NCBI GenBank assembly: GCA_965203315.1
Contig: OZ241857.1
Coordinates: 128,001 to 192,000, forward strand
Source: Nitrosopumilus sp.
GTDB lineage: Archaea; Thermoproteota; Nitrososphaeria; Nitrososphaerales; Nitrosopumilaceae
Reading direction: 5' to 3'
Length of the DNA stretch: 64,000 bases
The notes under the pieces are model-generated. The model had not been told where the DNA came from. It made no database searches and saw nothing but the letters and a program-made list of their open reading frames with translations. Numbering within the stretch: the stretch's first letter is position 1; each line of letters opens with the position of its first letter. Positions 60,542 through 64,000 of the stretch are shown one piece after another. The translations under genes and the position numbers were made by a program.

Positions 60542-61267
60542 TTGAGAATAATTCCAGTCAAGATAGATGTAGAGATCGATTCTACATCATCATTATCTGA
60601 TCTATTATTACAATCTATCTCGTTATGTGACGGTGATATCATAGTTGTTGCACAAAAGATCGTATCTAAAAATGAGAATAGAGTTGTACGACTAGACGAT
60701 GTTGTACCATCACTACTTGCACAAGGGATTGCAGCACAATATGAGAAAGATCCTCGAGTTGTTGAACTGATTCTAAATGAGACCAAACGTATAGTTCGAA
60801 TGGGACATCGAGTAATAATCACACAAACCAATCATGGTTTTGTCTGTGCAAATGCAGGAGTTGATCAAAGTAATCTAGAACTAGGTTATGCAGCACTCTT
60901 GCCAATCGACTCTGATGTTTCTGCTGCTCGTCTCAGAGAAGAGATTGCAGATAAATCTCATAAACAGATAGGTGTGATAATATCTGATACATTTGGTCGC
61001 CCTTTTAGGCTAGGTCAGACCAACTGTGCAATCGGCGTGTCTGGTTTGGATCCGATCCTAGATTATAGAGGTACACGAGACTCTTTTGAACGCACACTTC
61101 AAGTTACCGAGATTGCTGTTGCTGACGAGATCTCTTCTGCAGCAGAATTGGTCATGAAAAAGATATCGGGTTGTCCTTTTGTCATAGTTAGAGGATATAC
61201 GCACAAATCACAACTAGTACATACTAGCAGTCTCATTCGTCATACATCTGATGATCTCTTTATCTGA
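60542..61267 (+). CDS. cofE: Coenzyme F420-0:L-glutamate ligase
   Basis: QKIVSKNE, GFVCANAGVDQSN, ISDTFGRPFRLG and AVADEISSAAELVM. Confidence 0.93.
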   Translation: MRIIPVKIDVEIDSTSSLSDLLLQSISLCDGDIIVVAQKIVSKNENRVVRLDDVVPSLLAQGIAAQYEKDPRVVELILNETKRIVRMGHRVIITQTNHGFVCANAGVDQSNLELGYAALLPIDSDVSAARLREEIADKSHKQIGVIISDTFGRPFRLGQTNCAIGVSGLDPILDYRGTRDSFERTLQVTEIAVADEISSAAELVMKKISGCPFVIVRGYTHKSQLVHTSSLIRHTSDDLFI

Positions 61268-61303
61268 TGTACATTCAATAGAATTATAATCAAGAATCAT
61301 CTC

Positions 61304-62224
61304 TTGATTAAAATGTTACGAACCGAATTACACTGTCACAACTCTTTCTCAAATTTTCATGTGGGTGATGACGAGCCACCGTACGACTGTGATATATCTA
61401 TTCGTGATCAACTAGATAGAGCTCACAGTGTTGGTATCGACACAATATTTGTTACCAACCACAACACTCTTGATGGTTATGAAAATATGGTTCAATATCG
61501 CAACAATCATTCAAAGTTTAAAGAGATATCTGTATTTCCCGCCGAAGAGATTACCATAGATACGGGAGCACATGTCCTTGCATATGGAATACATGACACT
61601 ATCAAACCAGGGATGGCTTTGGAAGAAGTATTGGACGAGATATCAGATCAAGGAGGAGTATCTTCTGCACCTCATCCATTTAGTTTGATTGACGCACTAC
61701 GTGATCAAGCAAAACACTGTGATATGGTTGAGGTCTTTAACAGCAACAACATAGATGTCTTGTCAAATGCCAAAGCTGTTCAGTTTGCGCTAGACAACAA
61801 TATGACACAAGTCTCTGGCAGTGACTCACACGTACTCTCTACTATTGGACGCTGCATAAATCTAGTTGATTCTGAGAATAATCTCGATGATGTTCTTTAC
61901 TCTATGAAACATGGCAAGATCAAGATATCTCAAACTGGTTATGCTCAACAATCAGAGACTATGGATCATATTCGATACAAGATTAACAACTCTAAAGAGT
62001 ATCTGATCGAGTATATTGAAAATAATTATCCAAGCCTTAGTTGGTTACTGACTCTACTCTTGCGTGTATACAACTCACATCAAAATAGTCCTACATGGAA
62101 TATTATTTACAATATTGCAATATATCTGATGAAGCGTATATCTAAAAAGATCAACTATCAAGATACCGATCCTAGTTTTATGAAAGATAGGAATCTATTC
62201 ACTATGTTTCGAATGGCTATGTGA
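61304..62224 (+). CDS. PHP-family metal-dependent phosphoesterase
   Basis: ELHCH, VTNHN, AEEI, APHPF and GSDSH. Confidence 0.9.
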   Translation: MIKMLRTELHCHNSFSNFHVGDDEPPYDCDISIRDQLDRAHSVGIDTIFVTNHNTLDGYENMVQYRNNHSKFKEISVFPAEEITIDTGAHVLAYGIHDTIKPGMALEEVLDEISDQGGVSSAPHPFSLIDALRDQAKHCDMVEVFNSNNIDVLSNAKAVQFALDNNMTQVSGSDSHVLSTIGRCINLVDSENNLDDVLYSMKHGKIKISQTGYAQQSETMDHIRYKINNSKEYLIEYIENNYPSLSWLLTLLLRVYNSHQNSPTWNIIYNIAIYLMKRISKKINYQDTDPSFMKDRNLFTMFRMAM

Positions 62225-62754
62225 ATACGTAGTGCCATCTAATGTACAAACTCTGCTTTTCATAATATCTGGATATCATTTGTATTATCTTGATTGTGCA
62301 TGTTTTGGAATTATACAATCGTCACATTTCCATATGTGACTATACGAATAAGACCATCTATTATTTCGTGTTTAATTTTGTGTGATGGGATAATCTTTTT
62401 CTAGATTGGAGAAAATATCATGATATCAAATCTCATCAAGTTACATACGAATATACATTTCACGCGAGACTGAACACGAATGTTATAGGTCATAGATTAT
62501 CAATCTGTAACTATATGCAATCAGAATATTCCAAACTACAATTATTCAAACTGACTGTCCATGATATCATGGTGTGAACCAAACTGTACATGTGCATCTC
62601 TGGATTCTGCGACTAGTCTATATCCTCTTGAAATCTTGGTGAACTTATCTTGGTCATTTTTGAATATCTCTGTTGCATATCTTGTATCTATTGTAACAGA
62701 ATCTTGACACAACATAGAGTAGACATTAATATGACGACTTTGTTAGAATGTGTG

Positions 62755-62988
62755 ATGTCTGACTCTACAAAGACTCTAGATGCAACTGGGTTATTCTGTC
62801 CAGAACCAGTATTTCGCACAAAGATCGAGATCGAAAAGATGCAAGTTGGTCAAACGCTAACCGTTAGAGCAGACGATCCTGCAGCTGAAGACGATATATC
62901 TAGATGGGTAACTCGAAATGGTCATGAATTGATTACAATGTTAAAAGATGGTCAGATAATAACATTTCAGATTAAAAAGGTAAAGTAA
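62755..62988 (+). CDS. tusA: TusA/SirA-family sulfur carrier protein
   Basis: LDATGLFCPEP and ADDPAAEDDI. Start trimmed to the ATG at 62755. Confidence 0.88.
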   Translation: MSDSTKTLDATGLFCPEPVFRTKIEIEKMQVGQTLTVRADDPAAEDDISRWVTRNGHELITMLKDGQIITFQIKKVK

Positions 62989-62995
62989 CTATATC

Positions 62996-63994
62996 ATGGC
63001 CACTACAACTGACATAGATATTCTTAGTCGTATAGGCAACACGCCTCTGATCCGCCTCGACTCATTATCGACTGACTCGACTGTCTATATGGCAAAACTT
63101 GAGGGTCATAATCCGTTTGGTTCTGTCAAAGATCGTGCAGCATATTGGATGATAAAGGACGGCGAAGAGAACAGAGTCCTCACCAGAGGAAAGAGCATAA
63201 TAATAGAGCCCACATCTGGCAATACTGGAATCGCACTTACTGGAATTGCAAACTTGCTTGGCTACAAGACCGAGATCGTCATTCCAGAGAAGGCAAGCGA
63301 TGAGACCAAGCGAATAATACAGAGTCTCGGTGCCACAATCTTTGAGACTAGTGATGATCTATGTCCCAAGGTAGGTGCAGGGACAGATCAGAGTATTGCA
63401 CTCGCAACATCGATTGCATCATCTAGACCTGACACATATTATTCACCAAATCAGTACGCAAACGAAGCAAACTTCAAAGGTCACTATCTAGGTACAGGTC
63501 CTGAGATATGGCAACAGACCGATGGACAAGTTACACACTTTTTTACTGGTGTTGGGACTGGCGGTACCATAACTGGTGTCGGTACATATCTCAAGGAGAA
63601 GAATCCCGACATCAAAATTATCGGCTGTCAACCACAACAGAACCATCTAATTCAAGGATGGCGTAACTTTGAAGAGTCTGCTAAACCAGATCTCTTCTTA
63701 AAACGTGAAGATGTGGTTGATGAATGGATATCTGTAGATAACGCAGAGTCGTTTGGTGTGGTACGTGATGTATTTGAGAGAGATCATCTTTTGATCAGTC
63801 CTTCGTCAGCTGCTGTATATGCATGTATGAAAAAGTATCGTATAGATGATGGTTCATGCGTTGTAGGAATATTTGCTGATGACGGTCGTAAATTTAAGAG
63901 CATTTACACATCACAGAATGTCATGTCTAATAGTGAGTTTGAATTTGCTGTGAAAAAAGCTCAACACATGTCCGAGCTAGCATACGAGTTGTGA
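62996..63994 (+). CDS. PLP-dependent cysteine synthase family protein (CysK/CysM-like)
   Basis: IGNTPL, KLEGHNPFGSVKDR, EPTSGNTG, GVGTGGT and DDGRKF. Confidence 0.92.
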   Translation: MATTTDIDILSRIGNTPLIRLDSLSTDSTVYMAKLEGHNPFGSVKDRAAYWMIKDGEENRVLTRGKSIIIEPTSGNTGIALTGIANLLGYKTEIVIPEKASDETKRIIQSLGATIFETSDDLCPKVGAGTDQSIALATSIASSRPDTYYSPNQYANEANFKGHYLGTGPEIWQQTDGQVTHFFTGVGTGGTITGVGTYLKEKNPDIKIIGCQPQQNHLIQGWRNFEESAKPDLFLKREDVVDEWISVDNAESFGVVRDVFERDHLLISPSSAAVYACMKKYRIDDGSCVVGIFADDGRKFKSIYTSQNVMSNSEFEFAVKKAQHMSELAYEL

Positions 63995-64000
63995 AAACCT

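Overview
Archaeal chromosome segment. The ribosomal proteins L18e and L10e, RpoD, EndA, Tsr3 and CofE, plus IPxWIKN-type surface domains, point to Thaumarchaeota (Nitrosopumilaceae-like). The heavy IS load and large repeat surface proteins would fit a host-associated lineage, but that is inference. Core genes are leuCD, rpoD-rpl18e-rpl13-rps9, rpl10e, endA, map, tsr3, serB, two cofE-family genes, tusA and a cysteine synthase, with tRNA-Glu(CTC), tRNA-Pro(CGG) and tRNA-Pro(TGG). They alternate with IS nests (IS481, IS1595, ISH3, IS5, IS66, IS630) and two MITE families. Best candidates for undescribed biology: (1) a hybrid two-gene restriction-modification-like module, PLD-nuclease/SNF2-helicase plus a Type ISP-like methyltransferase-TRD lacking its own nuclease and helicase; (2) a G13 tract between a TATA box and the start of a 1956-aa secreted protein made of seven copies of an unfamiliar Cys-containing domain (candidate phase variation), with the same domain reused in a cupredoxin/coiled-coil protein; (3) an operon of ATP-grasp ligase fused to a degenerate M20 domain, gamma-glutamyltransferase and N-formylglutamate amidohydrolase; (4) an IS630 element carrying a second, convergent, DNA-binding-only paralog of its transposase; (5) a 44-aa metallothionein-like gene absent from the ORF track. 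All calls come from reading motifs by eye; no database searches were run.
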